A stretch of 64,000 nt of DNA from Balanoglossus misakiensis (taxonomy: Eukaryota; Animalia; Hemichordata): the NCBI GenBank assembly GCA_040954595.2, contig CM082577.2:20124303-20188302 (forward strand), in the 5' to 3' direction. A program made the translations under genes and the position numbers. The notes under the pieces are model-generated. The model was not told the DNA's origin. It made no database searches and was given only the letters and a program-made list of their open reading frames with translations. This document shows positions 31,301 through 45,600 of this stretch, in pieces (within the stretch, counting starts at the first letter, position 1; each line of letters starts with the position of its first letter).

Positions 31301-34300
31301 TGTTTACTTTATCCACAAAATCCAAGGATGGGGCACACAGGTTAAGTCATTAGCAGGTGCTTAATGGGAAATTCGATAGCTTGTATTCCGGATTAGCAAC
31401 TGATAAGGCAGGAGGGGGTAACACAGAAAAATAACAAGCACAGAGACTGTTCAGCAAGTACTGTTTATTGGGGAAAATGAAGATCAGAACTCCGTCATTT
31501 ATAACTTTCATGTTTGCAGCCCCCTGTGGTGTCATCAGATTTTAACCAACTAGATACATATACCTGCTTGTTATTGCATCCATTATTCATTGAGTTTTTA
31601 TTGACAGTTTTTATTGAAAGTGTATTGTGTATAAATGTATGAAAGTGACTGTATGAAAAAAACTGTTAACATTCATGTTTCATACATATTTGAACAATAC
31701 TACTTCATATGTAGTTTTTTAAAGGAAATATTCTGCTTAGGCGGAATTTTCAATCCCTGGTTCTGGCATTAGTAGGTGCTCCTCCTAGTCATACATTAGG
31801 CTAGTTGCAATGTTTAACTTACAGTACGTTAGATACACACACGAATCGCAACAGTTTACCACCTTAGCTAATCCTGTAAACAGACCGTCAATTTGTGCTA
31901 CCGGTAGTAGGCCTATAGCCAGATAAACGAAAACGATCGTCCAGCCAGCTAGCTACATATGAGCACTGTTGTTACAGAGAGCTCGATCGCTCTGACGGCT
32001 TCGACGCTCGATTCAGGACTGTGTGTTATTTATATTGACTGTGCCTTCAACTGCGTGTGATTGGGCTCGCCGATAGCAACACAGCCGTAACACGCGGCCG
32101 ACCTGCAGGCTAGCTAGTGACAGGTACAATTTCTCTACCCAACTTGAGAAGGGTTCCGCTGCCCGAAATATACGTAGATCAAACTTTAGCCCGCCGGTCA
32201 TCGAGTTTACTGATCGACAGAAATACACATAGAGCCAACAAAAGCAATTCAAGCTATAAATGACCAATGCGAAAATGTCTGCTTTCTGCTTTATTTAGAT
32301 GATAATCGCGGTCACGGCGTCAGTCGACAACTTTTGCCTGGTCGTTGATGCTTGTCGAAAATGTCATAGGAAAGAAACATAATTCGAATTGCTGATACTA
32401 TAAATAATCATAGACAGTAGAGATGGTCTCTTTTCTACTCTGTACAAAAAGTTGTAGCCCGGAGACCAGGGCGTCGATCTAGAATACAACGCCCGGGGAC
32501 AGTCGAGCAAGCTGAAAGATAGTAGCCCTGGCAACGATCAGGGTCGCTTAGTAACGAATGGATAACGAGTGATCTATCAAATGTTGACGGGCGCCAGTGG
32601 TTGGATGATATAATTTACAAAGCTTGGTTATGAATATACACCTTCAAAACCACTCCCACATCCCGTTGCGGGAATTTCACACATGACTCCACCTCTATTT
32701 CCTTATTTAGAATGCGATGATGTCATTTGGTTTACATTGAGTGACCAATTAGCTTACACACAAGATTTACCACCCGTGTCGTTCTACGAACAGAATTCTG
32801 TTCGTAAATAGAGACTGTCCCCGGGCGTTTCTTTTCTCCTACGCCCTGGTCTCCGGGCTAAAAAAGTTGTGGATCATGCTAGATTGGATATGATTGGCGT
32901 GACGAGAGAAATATCTCAGGAAAGCAGCTGACGAAATTTTGTTACAAGGCGCAAAGTTGTGCGTTACTTCCATCTTTGTATCTTGCCCCGGTTACTGTAT
33001 GTCGGACATCGGTGGGCATAATCACCGTGAATATAAAACACTTCTTTTTTCGGGAAGACGAGTCAAACTACTCTTTTCAGGCCCAAAGAATCTTTGGTCA
33101 GAGAATCCTGTGAAATGGTAAGATGGTTTTTTCGTGATAGTAGTAACTAGTAGTAGTAGAAAAGGTTTGCATTTTTACGTCGATTTGATCAACTCGTGTA
33201 TTTTACAGCCATGACCTCGAAAAGTGAGCAGTCAATTGCACATCTACGATCTCGTGAAAACACATTCCAGTTTACAGAACGCAGATAAGGAGATAGCAGG
33301 GCAATAGCAGTGTTTACTGCTTATACAGAATCAACACAGTTTGAGATTACGTAAACATGCGTCCGATTAGCGCCTCAGTTTACACAAGCGTTTGATTGAC
33401 AGCGCGTTTGAATTCTCAACGGCTGAAGTTGTGGGCTCGACTCGCCACTATCGACGCCAAAAAATGCTGAAAATCGCCCCGGATTTGCGTCTGTCTGGGG
33501 AATTTACGCCATAAATCGGTAGGAGACATATTCATGGTGGAATTTGTATGCATTGTGAAGGGTTTTGCAGTCGAAAACTTCGGAAAATCACGCATTCTCG
33601 GGAACGTGTGTCCGCAGTTCACCCTTCAGATTCAATTTACACAATGAACGCCGCCAGTTGGCTACCCCTATATATAGGGAAGTTAAGAACATGAATTATT
33701 AGAATTCTTATGCTGTTATCTAAGTATAAGTGTTTTAAATCTTCTCTCAGTTATTGTCATTTTTAACATTGCAGACATCAATGAGTGCAGCAGTAACCCC
33801 TGTGTTCATGGCCAGTGTACTGACAGAGAAAATAATTTCTACTGTATCTGTAACTTTGGTTACACTGGGGACCGGTGTGAGCTAGGTATGTACATACACT
33901 TGGAAGCTATATTTATATATTGGGGATGCATGGTTCCAGATATAGGCTGAATAATTGAGTGTCTTACCAGAAAATATTGTAGGAAATGAGAGTAATAATC
34001 TTGCCAAAATGAATAAATGGTAAACACTGATTATTCATTTTGGCGAGTTTTTACTTTCGTGTCTACAAGTGGGATGGAAGTTGTGTGCGGTGCAGTGGAA
34101 CGTTGATTCACTATATATCCACAAGTAGAATAACATAAACGATGTCTTGTATCAAACATAATTAATGGAAAAAGGGCAGCGAGAGAGAGACTTTGTCCCT
34201 TTAATAGGTCAGCTGTTACAGAGACCACAACTATTCTATTGTTAACTACAAGTCACAGGGCAGTGAGTGTATCTAAGATATACAGTGAGTGTCTTGTCTG

Positions 34301-36630
34301 TCTGTCCAAGGGCTGATTGAAATAAGTTATATCTCATATGTATTTGCACAATTTTGGTCAAAAATAAATTTTTCTAGCACTGCTTCTAATATTGCCATGG
34401 CACATGACAGTTTGTTGGGCATGTTCCTGGTTATATTTTTTTACATTTTCATATTCATATATGGTTAGGTCATGTCTGCTTGCCAATGTCACATGATTTT
34501 TAGGTCCCAGTTGGTATGTATACCATGGGACCTTATGGAATCAGTTGCGTCTGTATGTATGGATGGATGGATGTATGTCTGTATGTCCGTCCACATAAAA
34601 AACTTGAAAACCGCTGATATTTGGTGTGCAGATGCAGGCTGGGCTGTAGATGGGAGTTTGTCCAAATGAAGTTGTCATTGCCAAAAATATGCAAATTAGC
34701 TGTAACTCAAGAACTACTGGTCAGATTGCTTTGCAAAGTGGTGTGTACTTACTTTATTGAGTTGTTTTAATTAGGCAGGAAGCCCCCTCCTGTGATTTGT
34801 ATACACAGCAAATTCCTGCATGATTACATAACTGGCTAGGTTTTAAAGAGGCCAGCTGTTCTATTTAGTGTATCATGTACAGTACATATGCCATTGGCAG
34901 CTTATGGATCAGTCAGTGCTTGCCCATTGATCTCTCGCTATGTGTGTGTGTGTGTCTGTCTGTCTGTCTGTATATGGCCATGTATTCCGGTGTAGACTTT
35001 TCTTGTGTAATCCCTCAATGGGACCACCGTGTCCTTGACGCGATTTTTTATATAGTTATGTCATATTTGCTTGCCAATGTCACCTTTGATTTATATTCTG
35101 GTTTATACCTATTTCAATGTAATCCCCAAATGGGACCACAGTGTCCTTGACGCTAAGCTTTATTTGTGTTTTGTTTCAGAAATCAATGAGTGTTCATCGT
35201 TTCCATGTCAAAACAATGGCATATGTAGTCAGTATGTTGGGTACTATACGTGTGAATGTCTGGATGGTTTTAGTGGAATCAACTGTGAAATTAGTAAGTA
35301 CATTATAATGTAGAATTCAGTTTCTTAAAAACAGTCTGGTAGATTATTAAAGGTTTTTATTTATGAGCATTCACAAAATACTGTGGAGGTAGGCTTGTCG
35401 GAAAACATGTGATGGGGCATGTCTTGAAACTTAGTCCTGCTATCCAGTGTATTGCACAAAAGCTGTTACATCTGTGATATATTAACATTGAAACAGCACA
35501 ACTACCATAATCCTTTCTATATAGTATCATAAATGGTCCATTTCAAATCATTGTAAACCAGGGTGTGAAAGTTAGGTGTTTAATGATATGGATGGAACAG
35601 AGAAATCGGACAATACATATGAAAGGAAAATACCTTTCATACATAACATTTGACCTTTAAAGCAACTGAGATTTGAAATTGTCAATTTTTTCAGATGTTA
35701 ATGATTGTGCAATTAATACATGTCAAAATGGAGGTGTGTGTACAGATCTGGTCAATGGTTATTCGTGTCAGTGTGCACCAGGATGGGGAGGAACTAACTG
35801 TGAAATAAGTGAGTAGAAGTATGTTCTCAAATAAGTGAGCAAATGTTTAGTGGAATTTTCAGAATTTAAGGTTGTACTGATTCACACACATTGCAGCGTA
35901 TGCAACAGGAACTTTTCGCAATATCAAAAGCAGCAACTGTTACGTGATGATTAATTTTCATTCTTGTATTTCACTGCATGGTTATCTCCGAAAAACATTT
36001 TTTAAGTCACTTTTTATTTTCATGATTTTTGGCTCTCGCGTAGATCGCGCAAATTTATTGCTCATGAAAATTTCCCGTTTTACAGTATATAGTAGACAGA
36101 CAAATGTAATCGCGTAAGTGAGGTATTGCGCAGAGGTATTTGAATAAATGTTTGTGAGAGAAAACTCATAAAGTGATTAAATTTTGTTAGGTAGGTAGGT
36201 AGCTTTGCAGATATTTTGAATGTGCTTTATACATGTTTAATACTGCTGTTGTATTATAACATTATGTATAGAATGTACATACAGAAAGAAGGTTTAGAAC
36301 AAGGTCCCATTGTGGAAGGATCAAATTTATCATACATGGTTTGTTCTTCAGATATTGATGAGTGTAGCTTCAACTACTGTGCTAATGGTGGGACATGTTT
36401 GGATGGTGTTAATGCCTATACATGTCTGTGTGTGAGTGGATACCAAGGCAAGAATTGTGAGCAAGGTAAGAACTAGTTAAATCTGTCAATTAGAATGTGA
36501 ATGCTTGAAGTGTAGTCAAAAAATCAATCAATCAATCAATCAAATTATCAGCCAACCAACAATGTGGTCAGTCAGTTAGATTGTCAGTCTTTCTACCAAC
36601 TAAATCAATCAGTTAAGCATTTAATCAGTC

Positions 36631-36664
<34 letters not shown>

Positions 36665-39600
36665 CCAACAAACCAACCAATTAATGAGGCAGTCAGTCAG
36701 TCACATCTTTTCAGTGTTATTTTCGTATTCTTTCAAACCAGTTTTGTTTATTTGGTCTATCAATGCTTCTGTCATATTGGAAAATGTCAATCAATTTGAA
36801 CGACACTGTACTTATAGTTATACAGGTGATTAATTTTGTGATATTTCGTAGGTTGAACTTGTTTTAATGGACTATTAGAATAAATCTTTTTGTTGTTGTG
36901 TTATTCATCTTATGACAGATATTGATGAATGTGCCAATAACCCTTGTCTGAATGGTGGTGCTTGTGTTCAGGGAGTCAACTCGTATACTTGTTACTGCTC
37001 CAGAGGCAAGACTGGACAGAACTGTGAAACAGGTAATTGGAACTCATCAGTACAAATTTAGTGCCAGCACAGGGATCACATGGCATGTCCTCAGCAATTG
37101 TTTGATTATTAATTAAATTAATTTTATTATTTTACCCCTATTTTCCCAAATTCTTTGCCAGGTAAGCCATCTCTAGCTCTACATTCTGCCATGCTTCTCT
37201 CTCCTGTTGTTAACAAGTACAGAGAGAGAGAGAGAGCGTTTACACTGTTGTTAACCGTTCAACCAATGAATTTGAGAGAGCAAGCTATTGCTGCTCTGTA
37301 GCAGTTCCATCGCCATCTGTTCTGACACGCCTTTTCTGTTGGCATTGACCCGTGCAGGCATTGACCCGTGCAGGCATTGACCCGTGCAGGCATTGACCCG
37401 TGCAGGCATTGACCCGTGCAGGCATTGACCAAAACAACGTGGTTGCAATGCCATTGAAAAGGCCTGTGTCAGAGCACAGTTATAGTCCAGTCAACAAGAA
37501 GGCAATTGAATGTGTGGTATTTTAGAACTCTGATAAAGAATATTTACAGAATAAGAAAGGTTTGAAGTACATTAAATTAACAAATTGATTCATGTGAGAA
37601 CTTGGCTAATGTAGCTGAATCTAGGTGTCAAATCATTTTAGCTACTGAGTGTAATTTCAGTTTACAATTATGGTTGTTTTTAGCCAGATAAATCCATTTC
37701 CACTTTAAAAAAACACTTATGTTGTCATTCTGATGTGAAGTCTGACAAGATTGAGACAACTTTTTAAAAAAACCTTCCTGAAGTTTTCTCCTGAAAAAAG
37801 TCTTTCTCTTACTTTGTCTGTATAGACGTAATGCTCATTGCTGATTTATTTAAATTAAATACCTTAGTAATAATTTATGTACCGGTACTTGTTTTGTTGT
37901 TATTGGGCAGATATAAATGAGTGTGCAAGCAATCCTTGTCAAAATGGTGGGTATTGTAGTAATGGAAACAATGAGTTCACATGTACTTGTCAACCGGGAT
38001 GGACTGGAGTTTTGTGTGACATAAGTAAGTACCGTCAGTTTTGTGATTCATATTATATTCTTCCAGTACGGTATAAATTTCATATTTTGGAGAATACATT
38101 TTAAAAATGATTTTTGGCAAAAAGCACTTTTGAAATCTTTTGTTTTCATTCATACAGCTTTGGCATTTGCATTCAGACACATGTTTTTGTGACTTACTGG
38201 CCGGGTACTTTTGACTGGCCATACAGCATACGGCTGTCTACCCAGGGATTTATGAGAAGGCCAAATGCAGAGAGAAATAAGGGGAGACAGACATCATGCT
38301 GTTGCCTGAATATGGCAGGTCAATATGTTTTGTAACGCACCTTGCAGAATTGATCTTCTATGCATGCATGGGTCTGGCTCCAAAAAGAACAGACTTATTC
38401 CTTCTGCATGTTTCTTCATGTGCAGATTGCAGAAAATTTCCTGGTAACTGTGTTCGGAACTGCGACTTGGTTAGGTAAAAGTTTGAAAGTTGATGACCAA
38501 TGAAGTGTTGGCCTGAGTGTATCAGTGTCTTAGTAATGCATTCATCATGATATTGATTCAACCAATCATAGCACAGTAAACAAGTGAAGTGTGTTACAAA
38601 CACGTTGACCACCAAAGTGAAGTTATATTGGTTACTACATGTAGTTACCCCAGCTGTTTCATTTGAAATCTTTAATTTATGAAAATGTTTGTCTTTCTAG
38701 CAAGATCGGCAGCTGCATTTTGAATAGGAGTATAATCAGTCAGATTTGATTTCAGTTTTGATATTTTTTGTTTGGTCAAGGTATTTTCGGCATATGTTTG
38801 GATATTTTTTGTATTACATTGATATTGAATGACTTTATTTGCAACTTTGGGAATGGATTTATGCTCAGTTTTAGATACAAGTGATCCTGCCAGATTATTC
38901 AGTGAATTTATTTCCGCCACACAATAATGTTTTGAACAAATGATAACTATTGACATCAGTTTCATAATTACATATTAAGTTTCTGCCATGCTGACAAAAT
39001 TCAAGGTCATGTAAAGGTCATGAAAATCTTCCTCAGTCGGGTTCTTACTATGTGTGTCAGTCACAGCAAATTAGTTTTCTCACATTGTGCTGCATGCCTA
39101 ACATATTCAAACAAACAATGTGCATATTATCAGTGATTTGTGTTTTTTGTTCTAGACATTAATGACTGTTTTCCCAATCCATGTAAAAACGGCGGTTCCT
39201 GCATAGATCACGTGAATTCATTTGAATGTTTCTGCTCTGAAGCCTGGAGTGGAACATATTGTGATTTTCGTAAGTACCATGACAACTCACTTCTACAGTA
39301 CATGTAGGTTCAAGCCACACTCGCGTGGAAACTGTGCGTTGTTTACATGGGCATTGCGCCTATGAATCAGAAAAGGGACAAGTCATGAAACCAAATCCAG
39401 TTTTGACAGATGCATTGCCAAGTTCGGTAGATGTTTTCACGCACACAAAGGCATAATTTAATCAATTAATCAGCATCGATACCATCCATTTCATGTCAAA
39501 AGTCATACCTGCTATCTTACTTGCCCATTTTTAATGATCTTCTTTGTGTTTGGGGGCGATTTCTGAGAGGCACTTTGGATTATACACGCTCAATCCCCTT

Positions 39601-42600
39601 TGGGCTACCTTCAGCTGACTGCTGGAAAATACCGGTGCTGTGATTGGTTGCCGTCTTGCGTTTGCTTGAAACATTTAAATTAGGCATATAAGGGGAGTTG
39701 TAATTTAAATGTTTCAAGCAAACGCGTTTTCTCAGCAGGCAACCAATCACAGCACAAGGTAACTCAAAAATGGGTATTTAAACTGCGCATCGGAGGATGG
39801 TAATTAAGCTGAAAAAAACTTCGCCGATTCTGAGTTAAACGCGCCCAGATACAATAAGGATCCCGTCTATGTGACATAATCTATTTCCTCTGCAAACATG
39901 GGCGGGTCATTACATCTTGAATGTGTTTACAAAGCAACGGCAAGAGATTAGTCTGAAGATTGAATAAATAATAAATAATTCTTGCTTTTAAAAAAGACTA
40001 CAGACTACCAAGTAGTGAAGACTAGACAGGTTCTATCTCCAAAACAAAATAAAGATCACGTATAGCTAGTGCAGTGGCGACGCAATGATTTTCCATGTCA
40101 AGAAAACAGGCAGTGCACTGCAGAATACATACAATTTGGCAATAATCACAACTTTTCATGCATTTCCCCCCTTAACTATTTTTGTTTACAAATGTAGTTT
40201 TGATACTTTCAGCTTGTCTTTACCTCATCCTCTTGTGGCAAGAATAAACAATATAATTTCTTTGTGTTATGCAAATAAACAAGGTGACAGACAACCTATG
40301 TGCCTTTTTGCAATCTCATCAGTTGTGTTTTTGTTCAGTGCACTCAATTCACTATGCCTGTTATCACTTGCTACTGAAGCATTTTGCTTAAATGGTCACC
40401 ACTTTGCAAGAGATTCTTCTTTCAGTAATTTTATAAATTTCTGGCATCTTCCTGTGACTTGATGGCATCAGGCACACAGATGCCACTAGATTTTGCTCCT
40501 AAGGCATGGTGAAACATACAATATTTATTAAAAAAGACCTGGAATTTTCCAGCACATTACTCAGATGCAATTTATTTGGTCATTGTTCAAAATGTCAAGA
40601 AGAAGAAGAAGAACAACAACAACAACAACAAACAGTCTTTCTGTATATTTTTTCCACAGCTATTGGTTGTAGACATGATTTTGAAGTTCCAGATTGTGGC
40701 ATGAAAATCCTTGAAAGTCCAAGTTATCCATCAAACTATGAGAACAATGCTGATTGTCTGTGGCGTATGACTGCACAAACAGGACACAGAATCAGAGTTG
40801 TATTTAATGTTTTCAAAACTGAAGCAATTTATGACATCCTTGAGATCGGTAATGGTTTAAATGAAAATGACAGGCATTTTTTCAGTGAATCGGGGAATAA
40901 TCTTCCTGATCCTATAATTTCCCTTTCCAATACCATCTGGATTAAGTTTACAACAGATGCCAGCAAAAATGATCAAGGATTTTCTATTGAAGTTCAGGAT
41001 GAATGTATTGGTAAGTTCCAAAATTTTTAGCTTTGCAAACTCGAGTTAATTTTTACAGGCATGGGTTGACTTTCACATCCATCTACTAGAATTGCTTGGT
41101 TCCTTTGACATAGGATTGAATTTTAGACATGGTTGACTTTATAGACTTGATAATACATAATGAAATAAAGACAACTCATTCAACCATTTTGCTTGAATTT
41201 TGGCCACTTAGTGTCTAATTATGTAAATGGCCTTTCCAATGTGAACATCAGCTACTTCCTATGTCGGTCAAAGTCGAATCCATCAACCGTGCATACCATT
41301 TATTTTGTTTTCATTTAATGTGTTTGTTTTGTCACAATAATCCATAAACATTTTTACATAACTACCTTGTTTTATGATTATTTATGTTGTTAGTGCATGC
41401 AGCTCGTTGTTTTTGTTGCATCAGTTTATTAGAAATGAGAATACTAAAAATATCAAGTGAAAATATTAAAACACATTCAAATATTGAATCAGTATCATAC
41501 ACGATTCTCCTGACATGATTTATATTTTGATAAATCTTTTTATTAGATCAATGTTACAACAGTCCATGTTTAAATGGCGGAACCTGTTTTGCAAGTGGAA
41601 CTACCTACTCTTGTCAATGTACATCACAGTATACTGGGCCCAATTGTGAAACGTTTTTGAACAGTAAGTACTTAGTGTCCTTGTAAATACTGTACATTTA
41701 TGTCATCTCACAAGAAATTGTCATTTGCTGCATGTCCGATAATGGTTTAGCAAGTTCTTTTCTGGTGGGTTTTGTGTCATTTATTTACAATTATCAAATA
41801 TAGTTTCTCTATTATTTGTAGTCAAGTTTGAAGAGTGGATATCTGCCCATTCCGTGTAGTTGCTAACAGTCAGGACGTAAGTGGGGTAATTAAACCGCAG
41901 GGGATCATGCAATGCAAACACTTAAACTGGCCAGTAACGTTTGAATTGCTCATTTGCATACAGTTTTTCAACTTTTTTCACAACGAAAGTTAAGCAACTT
42001 GCAACCCATTTCTGACAATTATTTCACCCCAGGCACATTACTGGTACTATGAGTGTACTACATGTGATTTTTCATGAAGTTTTATCGAGAAGAATTTCTT
42101 TACTTCCACTGACAAAATTGTGATCACGAAATTCAAAGTGACCTTGAAGTTAAAAAATCAAAAAAAAAATATCAGCCATACCCACACAAAAATAAACCCC
42201 CTCAGGTTTTAGAAACATTATTAAACTCCTCTATTCATAATTTTGACATGAATATATCCATGCCGAGAGTCAAGGACCACAATTTACAGTGCCATAGGTC
42301 AGTCCTGAGAAGTCAGTCAGCGTGAATAGTGTATAGACTCCATATGTAATATGCTAATGAGAGATAACGACGCGTTGAAAAGGAAGCCATTACGTCATGG
42401 GTTAACATGCGTTGACCTACTTCAATGCATACACATATGGCAAACACGGCTGTACTCGTCGATGGCGAAGGCAATTTTTACACCGTCATTACTCCACAAC
42501 GGAGCGGCTCACACTATTATAATTTCACGGTAACTTAGTTCAATATCTTCCTAACCTACCCAATTTTTTTCAAGACAAGAAATCTTTGCCGAGAGTCAAG

Positions 42601-45600
42601 GACCACTATTTAAACCAACATACCGAAACTGTCTATCTCGGGAACGCGTCGTTAAAACTTCACGAAAAATCATCCTATCATTGACTATGGTGTTTCATAC
42701 ACGTCTTAGAAAAATGGATGCACTACGATCACTTGTAGTACCGAAAATCTCCGTTTGAAAATTTTTCCAACTGGCCGTAACTGCCACTCAGCGACGTTCA
42801 CATTCAAATAGATCTCTTTGATCTCACCGCCTTAATTACCCCACTTACGTCCTGACTGCTAATGCCAATTGTTAATCTGCTGGCAGAATTATTAGAAAGT
42901 AGGAGGTCAATTAGTGTTCATCCAATGTTTGTTTGTTAGATGCATGCTCTCCCAGTCCCTGTCTGAATGGTGGCACCTGTACAACAAGTGGCACATCCTA
43001 CGTTTGTTCCTGTCCAGACGCCTATATAGGTTTAACATGTGAGACACAAGGTATGCAAATTATCATTTGACAGTGAGTCAGTATTACATGTATGCAATGG
43101 TCATGCTTGACAGTTGTCTGTCACGGCAGTAACACTGTGTGGCACATCAATGTTTATATATTATTGACAATTACTTTTGTCCATACAGCTGGGATAAATA
43201 CCAGTGACTTTATGGCTGTGTCGAGAGACAAGTGGTGACATGGCCAATATTATATCTTTAGTATTTTCATTAGCTGAACGAACAGAAATATTATCGACTT
43301 CAAGCCAAGTTTATGTCATATATTATGCTCAGTAAATCATGTTTGATTTTTGAAAGTAAGAGCCCCCTGAAAGTGCTAACTTGTTCACATTGAGCACTTT
43401 TCACTGATAATTTATAGACTACAAATGTCCCACCATCTCCATAAATGACAAAATTCAAACAAACAAAACGATTAAGCAATAAAACACCCCCAGCCATGGT
43501 ATATCACGAGATTTTGACCAGTTCACGACATATACGCACGAGCGATAGCGAGTGCGTATATGGAGTTGAACTGGTCAAAATCGAGTGGTATACCATGGCT
43601 GGGGGTGTTTTATTGCTATTATATTATGCCAGTATATTGAAACTTTGCATAAAACATTTTAAAAAGGCATTTTCTTTGACTATGATATATGACTGTGGTA
43701 TATGGCTAATATATCACGGTCACGTGTCGTGTCTCGACCAATCAAATAGCGTGATTTACACCATCAATATACTGGTATAATATAATAATGAATAATGTAA
43801 TGCACATATTTCACAATAAAACAGAAGTTACTTTTATGCATGCATAATCTAGAGTTTGACCTTGTTGTTATACAGAGCAATTTAACTTGTAATTATGCCC
43901 CTTGCATATGTGAATGGCTACAGTTCACATAGTCTTTTTAATTGACGATTTCAACAAGAAAACTGTAAAACAACTAAAAGAAAGTGAGATGACTGTAGGT
44001 TGATGGGAATAAGTGTGAGCTGATTGTGAGAAGTTCGGTGACACTTTCCAATATTTCTCCGTTCATTGATGTCTCCCATCTCAAATTTCACTGTGTCACA
44101 GGCTGCCAGGCCGCTATTGCTGTTGGTGTCAACTTCAAGCTATGACTTGACCAAAAAAATTAACGTCCAAAGTTTGTAGACGGCCTACAGTCAGGTTCAG
44201 ATGCTAGCATGGATTGGAGCAACTTATGCTGCTTTACGAAAATGAAATAATATGATTGTTAAAGGGACAAAGTCTCTCTCTCGCTTGCCCTTTTTCCATT
44301 AATTATATTTGATACAAAACACCGTTTATATTACTCTACATGTGGATATATAGTGAATCAACGTTCAACCACACACATCTTCCATCCAACTTGTCAACAC
44401 GAAAGTGAAAAACTCGCCAAAATGAATAATCGGTGTTTACCATTTATTCATTTTGGCGAGTTTTTACTTTCGTGTCTACAAGCGGGATGGAAGTTGTGTG
44501 CCATAAACGGTGTCTTGTATCAAACATAAATAATGGAAAAAGGCATGCGAGAGAGAGACTTCGTCATAATGAACTTATCAATATTTTGGGCAATTCTGTC
44601 ATTGTTATATTCCCATAAGTTACATATGGTTTATAGGGAGTATTATAGGGTCGGTTGGGTGTAGAGAGCTGGTGGAATTTGTGCATCAGTCAACGGTATA
44701 AACTTGAAAATGGTAGCATCTATCACAGTGATATTTGATGTGTAGATGTAATGTAGTGGCAGGATGTGAACTTATTGATATAAAAGTGCGAATTAACATG
44801 AAAACCTAAAAAAAAAAAGACATGAAAAAAGTCTAGAATTTGCTTTAAAATTAGTTTGCAGAGTCCTATGATTGTCATTTGTATTATATGCCCAATGGTA
44901 GAATTTTGGGGCAAATTTTACCATTTTTGGTCAAAAACTTTATTTCTCTAATAAATAATGCTAAAGGTTTTCTTATGAAGTTTGGCTGGAAATTGATCAA
45001 TTCAATTCCAAATATAGTTGATATATAGTAATTTATTCTGATCAAATGAGAGTACAGTGTCCTTGATGTTATTATATCTGTTCAACCAATTTTATAATAT
45101 CATTCATAACTTCATATCCCATAGCAAATCCTTGTTCCAGCAGTCCCTGTATCAATGGCGGCGTCTGCCATTCAAACTTCAACTCCTTTGTGTGTGAGTG
45201 CCCTTCCCAGTATACTGGAACACATTGTGAATTACAAGGTATGCAACTAATAATTCATGAATTCCTCTGTTTTCAACTACACTAGTATTAATGCTCTTAT
45301 CAATTTACTTATCAGTTTACTAAACAGAATTATGCATATTTGGTGAGCTGAAATGGGTATAGATGGATCTTGGATGAGTAACTGATAACTGGCATTTGTG
45401 GCTGGTAGGCGAAATGGATGGATGAATGGTCGCTTGGCATATTTTACCTTTATAAATATTCTGATCTTATTCTGGTGTTTGTTGTCTCTTAATCTCATTA
45501 CCTTTCGTATGTTTGTCTGCCTTGGGGTTTTTTTTTCGGTGCTGAGATTTGGTTACTGTTGCCAAGTGACTAGTGCACCTTGCAAACACCCTCTATCCTA

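Noticed and set aside
33416-33622. Minus-strand ORF with a CCACCATG Kozak-like context
   Set aside because: Short, no recognisable domain or splice partner; expected by chance in a GC-richer block
1193-39269. Dscam-like mutually exclusive exon cluster
   Set aside because: All exons have ordinary splice sites and join in frame; no docking/selector motif seen; the 10-exon periodicity fits constitutive tandem domains
40506-40659. Poly-E/poly-Q N-terminal extension of the CUB ORF
   Set aside because: Intronic (GAA)(CAA) microsatellite upstream of a clear acceptor at 40659
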